Shown here in pieces: positions 12,902 through 25,096 of a stretch of 64,000 nucleotides of DNA. The notes below the pieces were generated by a model, which searched no databases, was not told where the DNA came from, and worked only from the letters and a program-made list of their open reading frames with translations. This stretch comes from Trichodelitschia bisporula (lineage: Eukaryota), in assembly GCA_010356995.1 (NCBI GenBank), contig ML996706.1:253789-317788 (forward strand), in the 5' to 3' direction. Position numbers and translations under genes: made by a program. The stretch's first letter is position 1; every line of letters begins with the position of its first letter.

Positions 12902-15900
12902 CTATCGCCTCCTCAACCACCACTTCCTCTTCCGCGGAGGAAGCTCCTCCTCACCAACCTGATGCCTCGCCACAACCTTCAAAAACACTTCATCAAACGT
13001 CGACGGGAGCACCGAGTAAAACTCAATCCCCAACTCCCGCTTATGCCCTTCCATCAGCGCAAACAACGCACTAATATCCCTCTCCCTCTCGCTCTCTTTC
13101 TCCTGCCCCTCAACTTCGCTCCCCTCCACCTCTTCACCTTCCCCAATCCTCCCCCGCGCCGGCACATTAAACCGCATCTGCCCATGATACGGCCGGCCCT
13201 CGACCTCCGCCCCCGGCAGCATGCGCAGCACCCAGTCCGCAACAGCGCGCATCTCGTCCTCGCTGCTACCCGGCGCGCTGGCCAGCACCATGTGGACATG
13301 GAACCCGTGGCCGTACTTCTTGCGGAGCTGCGAGGTAGAGCCTATATCAAGCAGATGCTTAGCAAGCACGCCTACGCGGTCCGCAAGCGCGTCAGCCTCT
13401 TCCATGGAGTGTGTCTAGGATCTGTTAGCTAGCTTCGCGGGCCGTCGGTGGTGGATACCATACCGTGAGCAAAATCGAGCGTCCGGGGCGAAACTTCGCC
13501 AGCGTACGCCACATCTTGCGCTTAGCCAAGGGGTCCATGCAACTACTCGGCTCATCAAGAAGCACAACCTCCGGATCGCCCACCACCGCAATCGCAAGAC
13601 TAAGCTTCCGCTTATTGCCCCCACTCAGCTTGCCCGCCATGCGCGTCTTGAAGGCCCCCAGCCCAACGGCTTGGATCATAGCCTCGACAACAGCGTCCAC
13701 GTCGCGCACGCCGCGGATGCGCGCGTACAGACGCAGGTGCTCCTGCACGGTCATTTGGTCGACGGCGTCGAACTGTGGACACACACCCAGGTGCGCGCGG
13801 GCCTCGCGCCTGTTGGCCAGGACCGAGATCTCGCGGATGAAGAGCTGCGATTCCCCACCAGAGGGTTGGATTTCGCCGCGGAGAAGCGAGATGGTGGTTG
13901 ATTTGCCGGCTTGGGTTGTTAGCAAAGTTGGGAAAGGGGAAGTGAGACGTACCGCCGTTCGGGCCGACGAGCGCGAAGACTTCGCCTTGCTTCACTCCGA
14001 AGGTGAGGTCGTCCACCGCTGTCATCCGCCCGTGTGCTAGCGTTCGAAACTCCTTTGTTATATGCAGCGCACGTAGCCCGTCTGATGAGGTCATCGCGCG
14101 GGTTACTTCGGCGGCGACTTCGGGCTCAACCGCGGTGGACGGCTGATCCTCGCCATCAGGGGGAGGCGTGCGCTTGCGACCGAAGTGGCCGAGGGTCAAG
14201 CGGTGGTCGCACCAGACAAGGAAGGCGAAGAGGAGGGCACTCTGCACGATTAGGTAGAGCACGGGACCGCCGTAGAGCGTCATGCCTCCCGGGTAGGTAG
14301 CTTTAGTGGGCGGGCTGCCGGAGCACAGGACGGAGAAGAGGTTTAGGCCCACGAGCACGGCGCGCACAAGTTGCGCGGCCGGCGAAATGATTCCGATGGT
14401 CCAGTGTGCGATAAGGATTTCGCTTTCGTAATTCTCGGGGTTGCCATTCGCGGTTATTGTCATATAGGCCGTGAGATACATTACGACCATGAAGCTATAC
14501 TGTTAGAGAGGACGGGTGGGCTGGATGCGACTTACGCTTGACCACCCGCGGCAAAGGCGAAGGCAGAAAGCTGGGATTTTGCGATGAACGAGAGGAGGTA
14601 GGCAAGCAGGGTGGATGCAATGCCGTAGAGTGAAAACACGACGAAAAGGTAACCTATACCAAACCATGCTGCCGAAGTTGACGCGGCCAAAATTATGACG
14701 GACAACGCGCTGATGAGCACTACGAACATCCAGTCAAAACACAAATGGGCCATCCAGAGCGGAAATGGCCGCACGCCATTAGAGTATTGCAATGCTTTGA
14801 CGTTTCCAAGCCGCTCGCGAGCCGGGTAGAGTGCAAAAAAGGCGGGAAAAGCGGCCATTACCAGACTAAAGTAGAAGGTGAACTGCAGTGTCTTATCGGT
14901 ATCCGAAGGCCAGGGAAAGTCGAAAATTGAGTATTGGACTTGAATTGAAGTGTTGGTGAGAAGGACATTAAGAGCATTCTGAATCACGATGCTTGCATAG
15001 GTGCCTTTGCCTACATCAGACAGGTATGCGAACGTTGGATCGGCTCCGTTGCCGCCTAGAAAAATGCCACCGGGTGTGACGTTGGCGTAGTTTTGGCTGA
15101 CGAACTGATTGAACTCGGGGAGAGTGTTGACGGGGTGCACCGCCTGCAAAACGCCTGTGGTGTTGCCCGAGCCAAACGTTACGTTTGGTAAGGAATTCAC
15201 AAATAATTGCAGGCTCTGGCCAGACAACGCGCTCACGGGACCGACCACGAGTAGCGGGTGTATGTCGTCTGAGAAATTGGCGGTCTTTGCGATGGAGACT
15301 TGGTCCGCCAGAGAGCAGCCCGGATTGGTGACATCCTTCAGGAGCATCGAGATTAAGGCTGTGGCAATGATAGGGAAGAGGAGTACGATGACGTAGGGCA
15401 GAGCATTCCGCCTCAAGATCGTGAGTCTTTTTCGGAACAATATCAGGGTCTGCTGATAGGAGCCTAGATGCTTAGTATCCGGTGCCCTGATCTCGCCGTT
15501 TGAGCCATCGCCGAGGGATGAATCTTTCTCCTTGATGTGCTCATGGGGGGCCTTTTGGGTTGAGCGGATGCTGTTGAGGGGAATGTGCGCGTCATCTTCC
15601 TCCAGTTCGGATTCCACATCAGCGTACTTTAGAAAGATCTCCTCGATCGTGGGCCCATTGACTTGAATGTCCTTGTGGCCTTCCGCTTGCAGCTTGCTGA
15701 CCAACTCCAGGACCTCGGCTGAGGTATCGACTCGGTGAACTTCTTCGAACTTGCGATGGTCCTCAAGGTTATGGTTCGAAGTGGCGGTGGCAGTCGTGAC
15801 GACGCGAAACCCGTCTCCAAGCTTGTTCTTTAGTTCAGAGATGGAGCCGGCCGTTCTGATTTGGCCCGCGGCCATAATGATCAAGTGGTCCGCGAGAAAC

Positions 15901-17974
15901 TCCGCCTCGTCCAGGAAATGGGTAGTGAGAATGATGGTCCGGTCGCCTCGCTCCGCGAGCAGGATATCCCAAACGCGGCGTCGACTGAGCGGGTCAAGTC
16001 CACCGGACACTTCATCCACGCAGCAGACACGGCTGCCACCAGCTAGCATCACGAGGAGCTGAAGCTTGCGTTTCTGCCCACCGGAAAGGGAGCTCGATAT
16101 GGATTTGGCCTTATCCATCAGGTCGCATTTCTCAATTAGTTCTATGGCGTGAGTTTTGACGTTGGCGCGCTCCCGTGATTTCAGGGCGGCAAAGATATTC
16201 GCATGTTGCTGTACAGTCAAGCTATCCCAAAGGACATTCTGAGGCCGGTTAGATGGATTAATCACAGCTTCACGGAGGAATACCTTTTGGGGACAAAGTC
16301 CAATCCCGCCTGTGCCATCGATGGCGATGGATCCACCAGTGATATTCGAGAGGCCAGCAATCGCGTTCTTCATGATTAGTATTGTGCGTAGCGACATATC
16401 ATAAAACTCACTAGGGTTGTGCTCTTTCCGCAACCATTGGCGCCAATAAGCACCATAACCTGCCCGTGGCCAGCCGCAAGACTGAGATCCTTCACCGCAT
16501 GCACCGTCTCGCTCTTCTGACCAAAAAGAGGCAGAATGTACCGCGCAAACCAGTTTGGATAGTAAGTTTTGGTGAAATGATCGACCCGAACCGGGTGCGC
16601 AAGGCTCGACTCGGTGTAGATCGTGTTCCGCCCTGGTCGTGTACCGGCCGTGCCGTGGAGGGTGCGCTCGACGATTGCTGCCAAAATAGGGTACACGATG
16701 ATCTGGATGATGAATGCAACCCACAGCACAATAAGAGGAAGGCCCCAGGGGTTCGTGACGATAGGTTTGACCAGGCTGGCCGGCACCTGCTTGTACTCAC
16801 TCCTTGAGATGCCGATCATGAAGTTCACGAACGTCATCGGGGTGAAGAGGACGCTAAGCACAGCGATGGCGCCGGAACTCATCCATTTTGACGTGATTTG
16901 GGCAACGATGCCGAGGATGAGAGTGATGAGGACAGAGATGATGCCGCTAAGCTGTGCTCTCCTGTAAAAGGCCGCGTGGAGAAGGCTGAAGGAGACGAGA
17001 GCAGCACCAGTGAGGATGAAGCCAATCAAAACGATGCCGGCAGACGTCTTTTTGAACAAGCCACCCTTTGCGATGAGAGCCATCATGATCCATGACGGTC
17101 CGTAGGTGATGCTGAAGGCAATATGATGTGACACAAGGCGGATAACCTGCGGTTCCCACCGACGCAGATTAGGCATCATCGACTCGAGGAGGTCCGCCAT
17201 TTCGATTTCTCGTTCCAGTGCCATGCGCCCAACAAGCTGATACGTGACGCCGATGAAGCCGAGGTACCAAATGATGGCGGCAAAGTTGTAGTTCGCCTTG
17301 ACGATATTTAGCGTCAATGAGTCACGGTAGCCTTGCTTCGTCTTCGACGTGTACGGGTACTGCTTCACGGTTGGCAGCCTTGTCGACGTCCCCATGACAT
17401 TGAGGTCGGCAATTGCGGCGTCAACAGCACGCTGCAGGGGAAGATGGTAGACCTGGACATCGTTGTCGGCCTTCTCAACATTGACCTGGACTCCAAGCGC
17501 GACGTCTGCGCGGAGCGTGTAGCTCCACCGCCCGCCCTCCAGTGGTGAGGAGTGGAAGACAACGGCTCCGTAGCACTTGGTTACGCCTTGCAGCTGGGAT
17601 CGACATATGGCACGGAGGTCGTCCTCGGTTGCCACAACGGTGACATTGTGGCCTGCTGTACGCGGCGGTGCGGCAACGGCATTGATAACCCGCTCAATGT
17701 CACCGCCGACATGGTTGTTGTGGACCAGAACCAGGGTGCTGCGGCCGCTGGACGCGAGACGCATGCCATCGACTAAGGACCGGACATCATGAGGCGCGCC
17801 AATGCCGTACGTCGCAGTGGGGAAGTAGACGCGGAGAATGACCGAGATGTAGATGGCAATGATAATGGGCGCGACAAAGGCTCGCCAAATGGTGGCATTG
17901 ACGGCCCTGACATTGAGAATGATGAGAAGGTCCTTACGCACGAGAGTTCGGATTTGACGCCATGCTAACTCCAT
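12902..17974 (-). CDS. ABCA-subfamily full-size ABC transporter (multi-exon)
   Basis: Two TMD+NBD halves. Motifs GANGCGKST, LSGGQKRKL, VDEVSGGLDP, GPNGAGKST, LSGGNKRKLS and LLDEPS. Start MELAWRQIRTLVRKDL is typical of ABCA. Confidence 0.93.
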
Positions 17975-19747
17975 GATGCTTAAGACGAAGGGGCAGGCCA
18001 GCAGGTCATTGGTGAATTGGGACTGGAAGAATATGTTATTAGAAGGCACATTAAACTACGACGTTAAGATGGATGCCATTGGCATGTAACAACAGGAAAG
18101 AAGACAACACGCGTTAAACACGGAGTTAGAGAGCGACAAGGTCGAAGGCAATCATGGTTTTATGTAATCATGCCACTTTGGCTTGAGCCGTGTTCGAGAA
18201 GGGTGGATGAAAGGAGCTCAGCCACCTCGGAGAGTGGAATACGGCCAAGGGAGGCCGGGTTAGCCGTCCACTCGTCTCGCTTGGCCTTCGGATTGGCCAA
18301 GGATGTTGATGTCTGCTGTGTGCGTCGCGGTGGGCGTTTTCAGGAGCGAGGAATGCGGTATTTCCGCGCGTACTGATAGCTGACGCCTAGTTTTAAGTGC
18401 TGGTATTCGCATATGCGAGTCGATGATGGTTCCGATAGCAAGAGACATCGTCGAGGGTTGGTGTACGGTATCGGAGAAATATCGATGTCAGATCGATGCA
18501 GGTAGCCGGCCAAGATTTCATATCGTACTTGGCCCGGGGGAGTGGGGCACAAAGTGTGGAGATCCGCGCCGCGTCATCCAAGATGGTTTTAGTTCCGCAG
18601 CGTGTTGACGACGTTCGTGATGTATGGAACCATCGCATTATCTTCTCCACCATTCCCACCAGCAGCCCACTCACGGTCTTCCCATCACTGTACATCCGTA
18701 TCCACACAATACTGCAGCCTGTTTCAAGATTGCGGAAAACAGGCCACGGACGAAGCGCGAGCAGGCAGCACAATTCTCAGAGGGGTGAATGGGCGAACTT
18801 AGAAGCAACAGGGGGAGGTTTCGTTTAGGGTCTGAAAGACCGAGGGGAATATGAGTTGGATTCCATGCACTCGGCTCTAACAGAGGAATTGAGTCGCCAA
18901 TCGTATCTGCCTCTGTCCGCGAGGCACACATCGCATAGTTGCTATCCAAGGCAGACACCAGCACCCGAATTCAAGAAAGCAATCCGTATACCAAGCAGAG
19001 CAATGCCAAACGGGCAACCGATCAACCCTTGTAGGAATGTTATTCTAATCTTAGTCTAATCATCACCATTGAATGTGATGTCCTCTCGCCAGCCCGTACT
19101 CGTACGCACCATACGGACTTACAACCATTTACAGCTACTCGTAAGACTCCCACTCCCACACCTACTCCACCGCCCCCACACAATGGAGGTCTTCCTGCAT
19201 GTGACAACCCTTCAATCATTGCAAATCTCACGCCCAGTATCGGGGAAACAAGACGACACAGTCCGTATCAGCATGGCTAGGAGCTCAAGTCACCAAATCA
19301 TAGCATCAGAAGAAGTAGAGCGCAAAACAGTAAGACTGGATTTTCTCAACACCGTAAATGCCATATCATCCTACGCTTCACACGACATCGAACGGGGGTA
19401 TCTTGAGAACGCCGCAACGCCCAGCAGCCTCGCTGAAAAAGTGTACGATGGAAACAAACTCAAGAAATGACGCAGGCTTCAAGGGGTGATTAGCAAACCC
19501 ATACCAGATGCCCACTCTACACTTACATGTATTTAGCGGGCGAAGTCCTTAGAAGAACCAACCCCAAAAGTCCATCGAATGGTACTCTATGGAGAAAGCG
19601 CGCCGCTTGAAAAAGACATTAGCATCAAGACAACGAACCAGTAGTAGTAGGGGGTGAATATCTTGATAATATGTAAAGGTGATGAGCAGCTCGGCGATAT
19701 GTGCGTATTCGTGATTGTGAAGCTAGTACTGAAACTGTGGCTCAGAC

Positions 19748-21083
19748 CTAGGATGGGGGAATGTAGAGCAGGGGGCGAGAATATCCACGAGGAATCATGC
19801 CAAAGGCATTCCGCTGGTCTACACCAGGCGGGAATACTGGGGGGCGGACGGGGGTCATTTCATAAACCAAGGGGCAGCGGGCAGGAGGTACAGCGCGGTG
19901 CACTTTGGGATACCTTCTGCGACGCTGCTGGGGACTATCCGGGTCCCTCTCTACGAGAACGCCGTTGGAATCCTCGACAAAACCGGAAGGGATGCGCCAC
20001 CCGGTGACAGGCGCCACCGAGTATGTGTCCATATTGCTACGCGGCACCTCTATGGAGGGAACCACGTCGGGGACGGAATGACGCATGGGGAGTCTCCCGT
20101 ACAAGTACGAAGTATTTCGGCCTTGATGTTGTATGCTATCTCCGGCGGCCACGACCTGGTAGTCATGGGGTGTACCCCGGAGCTCGAAGTAGATTTCCTG
20201 GTGGTGCTCTCGGTCCTCGGCTTTGAGTTTCCTGTCTTGGAGTTCATCGTCTTCATCGTCGTCAGAGACGAGGTCGATCCATTCCTCGAAGCCTTGGGTG
20301 ATTTCCGTCTCTCCATTCTCACCGCGCCATTCCTTCAAGATCTTGATGCAAGACGGACTGATAATTCCCCTTGCTTCTGGCTTCGGCATGATTTTCAGAA
20401 GCTGCTCGTAATTGGTGTATACATGGCGGATGTGAGCAGAAACTGCAAGCTGCAACCGCTCCAGAAGAGGCTTGTCTTTGGCATCACCAACACGACCCTA
20501 GGCGGTTAGCTGGATAAGTTTGAAAGGAGGAATACTCACCACCCGGAAGGCACGATCGATGATGGACTGTGCGATCCCCTCCGGCATGTGAGGGAAAAGC
20601 TCGCGCATCAGTACCGGCAGCTCCGGCTCCTCATCCTTATGGCGGGCCATTGACCGAGGCTTTGCAATCCCTTCCAAAGAGATAGTATGGGCAAGAACAC
20701 GGCATGCGGCCTCAACAACCATAACCGGGAAATAGTAGCCAGCGCGAGTGACATGGAAGAAAACTCGATCTGGCCTCACAGGCGGCCCCTTGCCCTTCGA
20801 GTCGGCAACTTTCAAGTAAATCTTGGCATTGCGCTTCCGACATTGCTCTTTGCAATACGAAGTGAAGGCTTCAGCGCCAGGCGCAACGAACCTGTAACCT
20901 CTAGGCGGTTTACCGGTTTCCTAACGGAAGATTAACGAACCTGAAGGGAATGGCATGTGGTACACTCACAACTTGGAGCGCCTTCTTGACGACCCGGACT
21001 TCGCGAAGCTCAACTTTGTACTTGTTATTGTGGCCGCCGTGCCTGATTAGGGACCGGGCCCTGATGTCCCGTTGATTGCGCAT
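19748..21083 (-). CDS. DUF2293-domain protein (start uncertain)
   Basis: Spliced reading gives PPRGYRFV, MRELFPHMPE and QLAVSAHIRHVYTNYEQLL, which match DUF2293. Confidence 0.75.
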
Positions 21084-21681
21084 ACCGATCAGTTCTTCAC
21101 CACCTACACCTACCTTGCCCTACGGAACAAAGCTATGCAGATATGATCAGTCAACTTTATGCAGTGGGTTAGAGGGTGGTGAGGATGGCGGATAAAGCAG
21201 AACGGATAGCGAAAAAGCAGAACACGGTGCTCGCACTCTTAGAGAGAGGAAGCACCTTTCTACAGCGCGCAGCAACAAGGTAAAATGACCTTTGCAAGCA
21301 CACTTATGTGCAAAAAGAATCTCTCAGGGAGTGCGGCGGCGCGTAGTAAAGGTGTCGAGGGGTGGTATTGTCGGTGACAAGTGGAGTACTGGTGACGCGG
21401 CAAGCGGTTTTGGCGAGGCCCTGCCGCCCGGGCCACTGTTGTATTCACTCGATCGGCCCATATTTTTTCCATACGGATTACGTGTGCTCATTTTTGACTC
21501 CTGCTCTACTGATGGCCATGGACTGTAGTGCAGAAAGTTATTGCAGGTCGCAGGGCTCATTTTGCTAGCCGATGAAGAAGCGACTTTTACGGCGACCCCT
21601 CCGCGTCCTCGAACCAACCTTCAAAATCAGGACAGCCAAACTACCCCTTCTGTATCCAGACCACAGCTTGTATCCCTCAGC

Positions 21682-22121
21682 ATGGTAGCGACTAAAGCCG
21701 AAATTGTCCGCGGCTACCGACACCTCCTCCGTGGCGGTTACCATGCCGTCCAATACTCGACACCAGCACGCTACGTACTCCGCGACCGGCTGCGGCTCAA
21801 CTTCCGCCAGGGCAAGCCCGAGGACTTCGAGCGGTGGCGCGTGGACAACACCCTCGAGCTGCTTGCCAACGCGGCGAAGCACCACGGCCTAGAGCACAAG
21901 TTGGTACGCAGCCTGCTGATGACATGGTACTGGGAGCCAGTGCATTGGGAGGATCGCGGCGTCACGGGCTTGAGCAACAAGTGGGATACCCGCCCTATGG
22001 CTAGGAGCTTTACTAACGGCACAGAAACGGTTGGTCGTATCCGTTCCGGGCCCGAGCCTACGATAACTTCTACCACACTCTGCACATGCTGAACGAATCA
22101 ATGGGTCTGTGTCTGCGGTGA
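21682..22121 (+). CDS. Small mitochondrial LYR-like (DUF1763-type) protein
   Basis: IVRGYRHLLRGGYHAVQYSTPARYVLRDRLR, one intron near 21981-22024, C-terminus MLNESMGLCLR*. Confidence 0.75.
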
Positions 22122-22147
22122 TATCTGGTATTCGCCCCAACGGCGCT

Positions 22148-23047
22148 CTACATAAAATCCTCCTCATAGTCCGTCCCCCGGTCCTGATTGCTAGACGCTG
22201 CCACAGCGTCCTCGGAGAATAAATCGTCGTAGGCATGGTCACGCTGCCAGGCCTTCTGCTTGCGCTCCTTAGCCACGCGTGCCTCCTCCTTCTGCCGCGT
22301 CTGCTGGGCCGCGCGGTCGCGCAGCCGCAGCTCCTTCTGGCGGTCTTCGCGCTCCTGCCGCAGGTCTGGGAACTTCTCTACCCGTGTCTTGTTGAGCCGG
22401 TTGACGATAGGGTTTTCTCGCTGGACGACGTGGATGCGCTTGACCTGGGGAGTGTTAGAGGGGATTGCGGGGTAGGAAGGAATGGTGATGGTGATGGAAG
22501 GGTAGAAGTGCCTTTTTCTGGTCCTTGAAGCCAACCTGCCCGACAGCCATGCTGCCGTCCTTTTTCAGGTTCGACCACGGCGTGTAAATGACCACAACAT
22601 TGTCCTTCTTGTTGCCTATGCCTGTGAGAACCCTCCATAAAGCCCGTGACGCACGCACCCTCAATAGAATTCGCCTTCGTCAGCTGCGCGCAGTCCGTGA
22701 GTAGCTCCTCAGGGATGTTATCCCACGTCTGGTCCTCCTGTAGTCGCAGGTAGATATGCGCACTCGAGAGATTGTCGGCGTGGAACTAAAGCATCGGCAC
22801 ATGTATACTCGAGGGAGAAAGTGAACACCATACCCTTCACGCGTCATTAGCCCGCTACGAATGTTCACGCACTGCGTACCATACATCCTCCTCCCAGCCG
22901 TACTTGATTAGCTCCTCGTCTGTGGTACGTTAGCGGGGCTGGATTGTGGCGCGGGCATAGAGCGGGGCACACACTTTCCACTTTGTCTTTGCCGACGTAG
23001 ATGAAGGCCGAGGGCGTGACGGTGTTGCTGGTGAAGTAGTACACCAT
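22148..23047 (-). CDS. CCDC25: CCDC25/Jlp2-family NFACT-R (DUF814) protein
   Basis: MVYYFTS...[38 protein letters not shown]...[36 protein letters not shown]...EEDFM*. The model needs 5 introns, one of them GC-AG, and a 1-nt exon. Confidence 0.93.
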
Positions 23048-23639
23048 GGCTAGGTTATGTTTTTGGAAAGCTTGTGGGGATATTGTTGGTTACAAAGTGG
23101 AGTTGTTGCAGCGAGATGTTCGATGCGAGAGTTGGGCTTCACGTGAGAAGGCCTGCAAAATCGTGAGGCGGCGGCCAACCGGGATTTCAATGGGGCGGAG
23201 GTCGGCGCATTGCTTCTACAAAGTTGGAGCTTTGAGCAATAAATACAGCGACATACGGTGGAATATCATTTCAAGACGAATGACTGACACATCACAAAAA
23301 TCCTCATAAAGTTGCTCCATAGCTATTTGTGCTCCACATCAAGTCTGGTCAACATCAAAGCTAGGAACAGCGTTCCTCGCTTCGGACTATCAATCAAAAG
23401 CGTATGTCCTTCTGACTGTTCATAGATACCTCCCCACACGTCGAGCAGACCCGTTCAGCGGTTCGGCTCGTGGACCGCCTATGACGCGGGTGTAGAATCT
23501 CCACCGGTTGAATATGGTCTAACATCGAGCGCAATGAAGTCCCGCATCCGATGTCCATGGATACAAGATAGAGAGCTCATGTGGTATCATCTCTCGTAGC
23601 ATCGTCCTCTCGTAACATCAGCCCTCCATCCCCAATCCA

Positions 23640-23998
23640 TCACGTCTCCTCCTCGCCCTCCTCTTCGGCATCAGGCTCGGGGTACTGCGCACGCAACTCC
23701 TTGATAACATTCTGCTTCATTAGCCGTCGCCCAACCTAACGCCCAAAAGGAGGCCGACCGCAAAACTCACCGCCAACGCCTCGGGATTAACCCCGTTCTC
23801 AATCAGCGACACGCAGTACGACAGCTGCTGGCGGTTGAGTTGGGTATTCTGGGTCCCATTAGTAACTATAGTTTAGGGCATTGGAGGAACATGGGGGAGA
23901 GGTAGAGCTACCAACAACGTCGCAATCTCATGCAAGATATCAATAACCTCACGCGCCGCCTGGCGCTTGTCCGCATCCTGGGGCTGGCTGGGCGCCAT
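23640..23998 (-). CDS. MZT1: Mitotic-spindle organizing protein Mozart1
   Basis: AAREVIDILHEIATLL|NTQLNRQQLSYCVSLIENGVNPEALA|NVIKELR with two canonical introns. Confidence 0.92.
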
Positions 23999-24576
23999 TT
24001 TCCTCAAGCCCACACGTCCAACCCGAACGAAGCGAAAAGGTGAAACCGCCGGATTCTCGAAAAGTGAACTCCGAGATGACACTGCTGTTCTGTCCTTGTA
24101 CGCAGGTGACCACGCGCGCGTGGAAGCAGAACGCGCCCCAAGGAAACCAGTGCCCAGCGGCCACCCAAAAAAGTCGTAGCTGTCATGTCAGCAAAGCGCA
24201 CAGGCGAGGCAGCCACGACTTTCTCGAATGGCCTGGCCCATGTTCTTCCGCACCCGAGACGCGCGACGTCAACACCCCGCCGCACCACCCCAGCCCTATG
24301 GTTCAGGGCGGTTACGATTGACATTCGACGTCTCTGCATTGCTAGATGCATCCGCGTACTGACGTCAGGTCGTGATGTCAACATCTCGTGTCTGGCAACA
24401 TTAGAGGAGGTGGAGAGGGTATTAAAGGCGCCGGCTGCTCACAGGGAAACATGAACATAAACCACATCACAGTCCAAACCACCATTACAATCCCAAGCAC
24501 CTCCACACGCCTCCAACCGAACATCAGTCAATACATCAACTCATAGCAACCTCAGACCCCAAAACCCACCGCCTCA

Positions 24577-24915
24577 ATGCCGCTCAAGACAACCCCCGAC
24601 CCCCTTGCGCCCACCCTCCCCCTGGCAGCAGATAACGCAACCGACATCCCTCGCTCCACCGCCGACACAGCCATGACCGGTGAAGTAATCACCGGAACCG
24701 GCGACGCCATGTCCGCCGAGATCGAGACAAAGCGCCTGCACATCGGGCCCGACAACCCGTCGAGCAAGGGACACGACCGCGCCTACAAGCATGGGCACAA
24801 GAAGCAAGGCCTGATTGACGCGCAGTCGGGGCATGAAGGAGCCGAGGTTGATCCCATCCCAGGCGAGGATGAGGATCAGGATGTACTGAGGGGGCGGAGA
24901 GATGGGGTACAGTGA
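24577..24915 (+). CDS. Small hydrophilic hypothetical protein (112 aa)
   Basis: ATG ORF in a good context after a C/A-rich leader, with coding-like codon usage. No family recognised. Confidence 0.65.
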   Translation: MPLKTTPDPLAPTLPLAADNATDIPRSTADTAMTGEVITGTGDAMSAEIETKRLHIGPDNPSSKGHDRAYKHGHKKQGLIDAQSGHEGAEVDPIPGEDEDQDVLRGRRDGVQ

Positions 24916-25096
24916 TTTCGTGTGGTGATGACGGCTAGTTGTGGTTTAAAGGATTGTAGATACTAGCACGGTCGACGAGCCAAAGGGACTCGCATCGAGT
25001 CGCATTACAACTATATGATATCGCTTCTTTACCTTTTCCCAAGAATGTACAACTAAGAATATCCTCCCATCACCAACGCCGATCCCCCAAAGGCTT

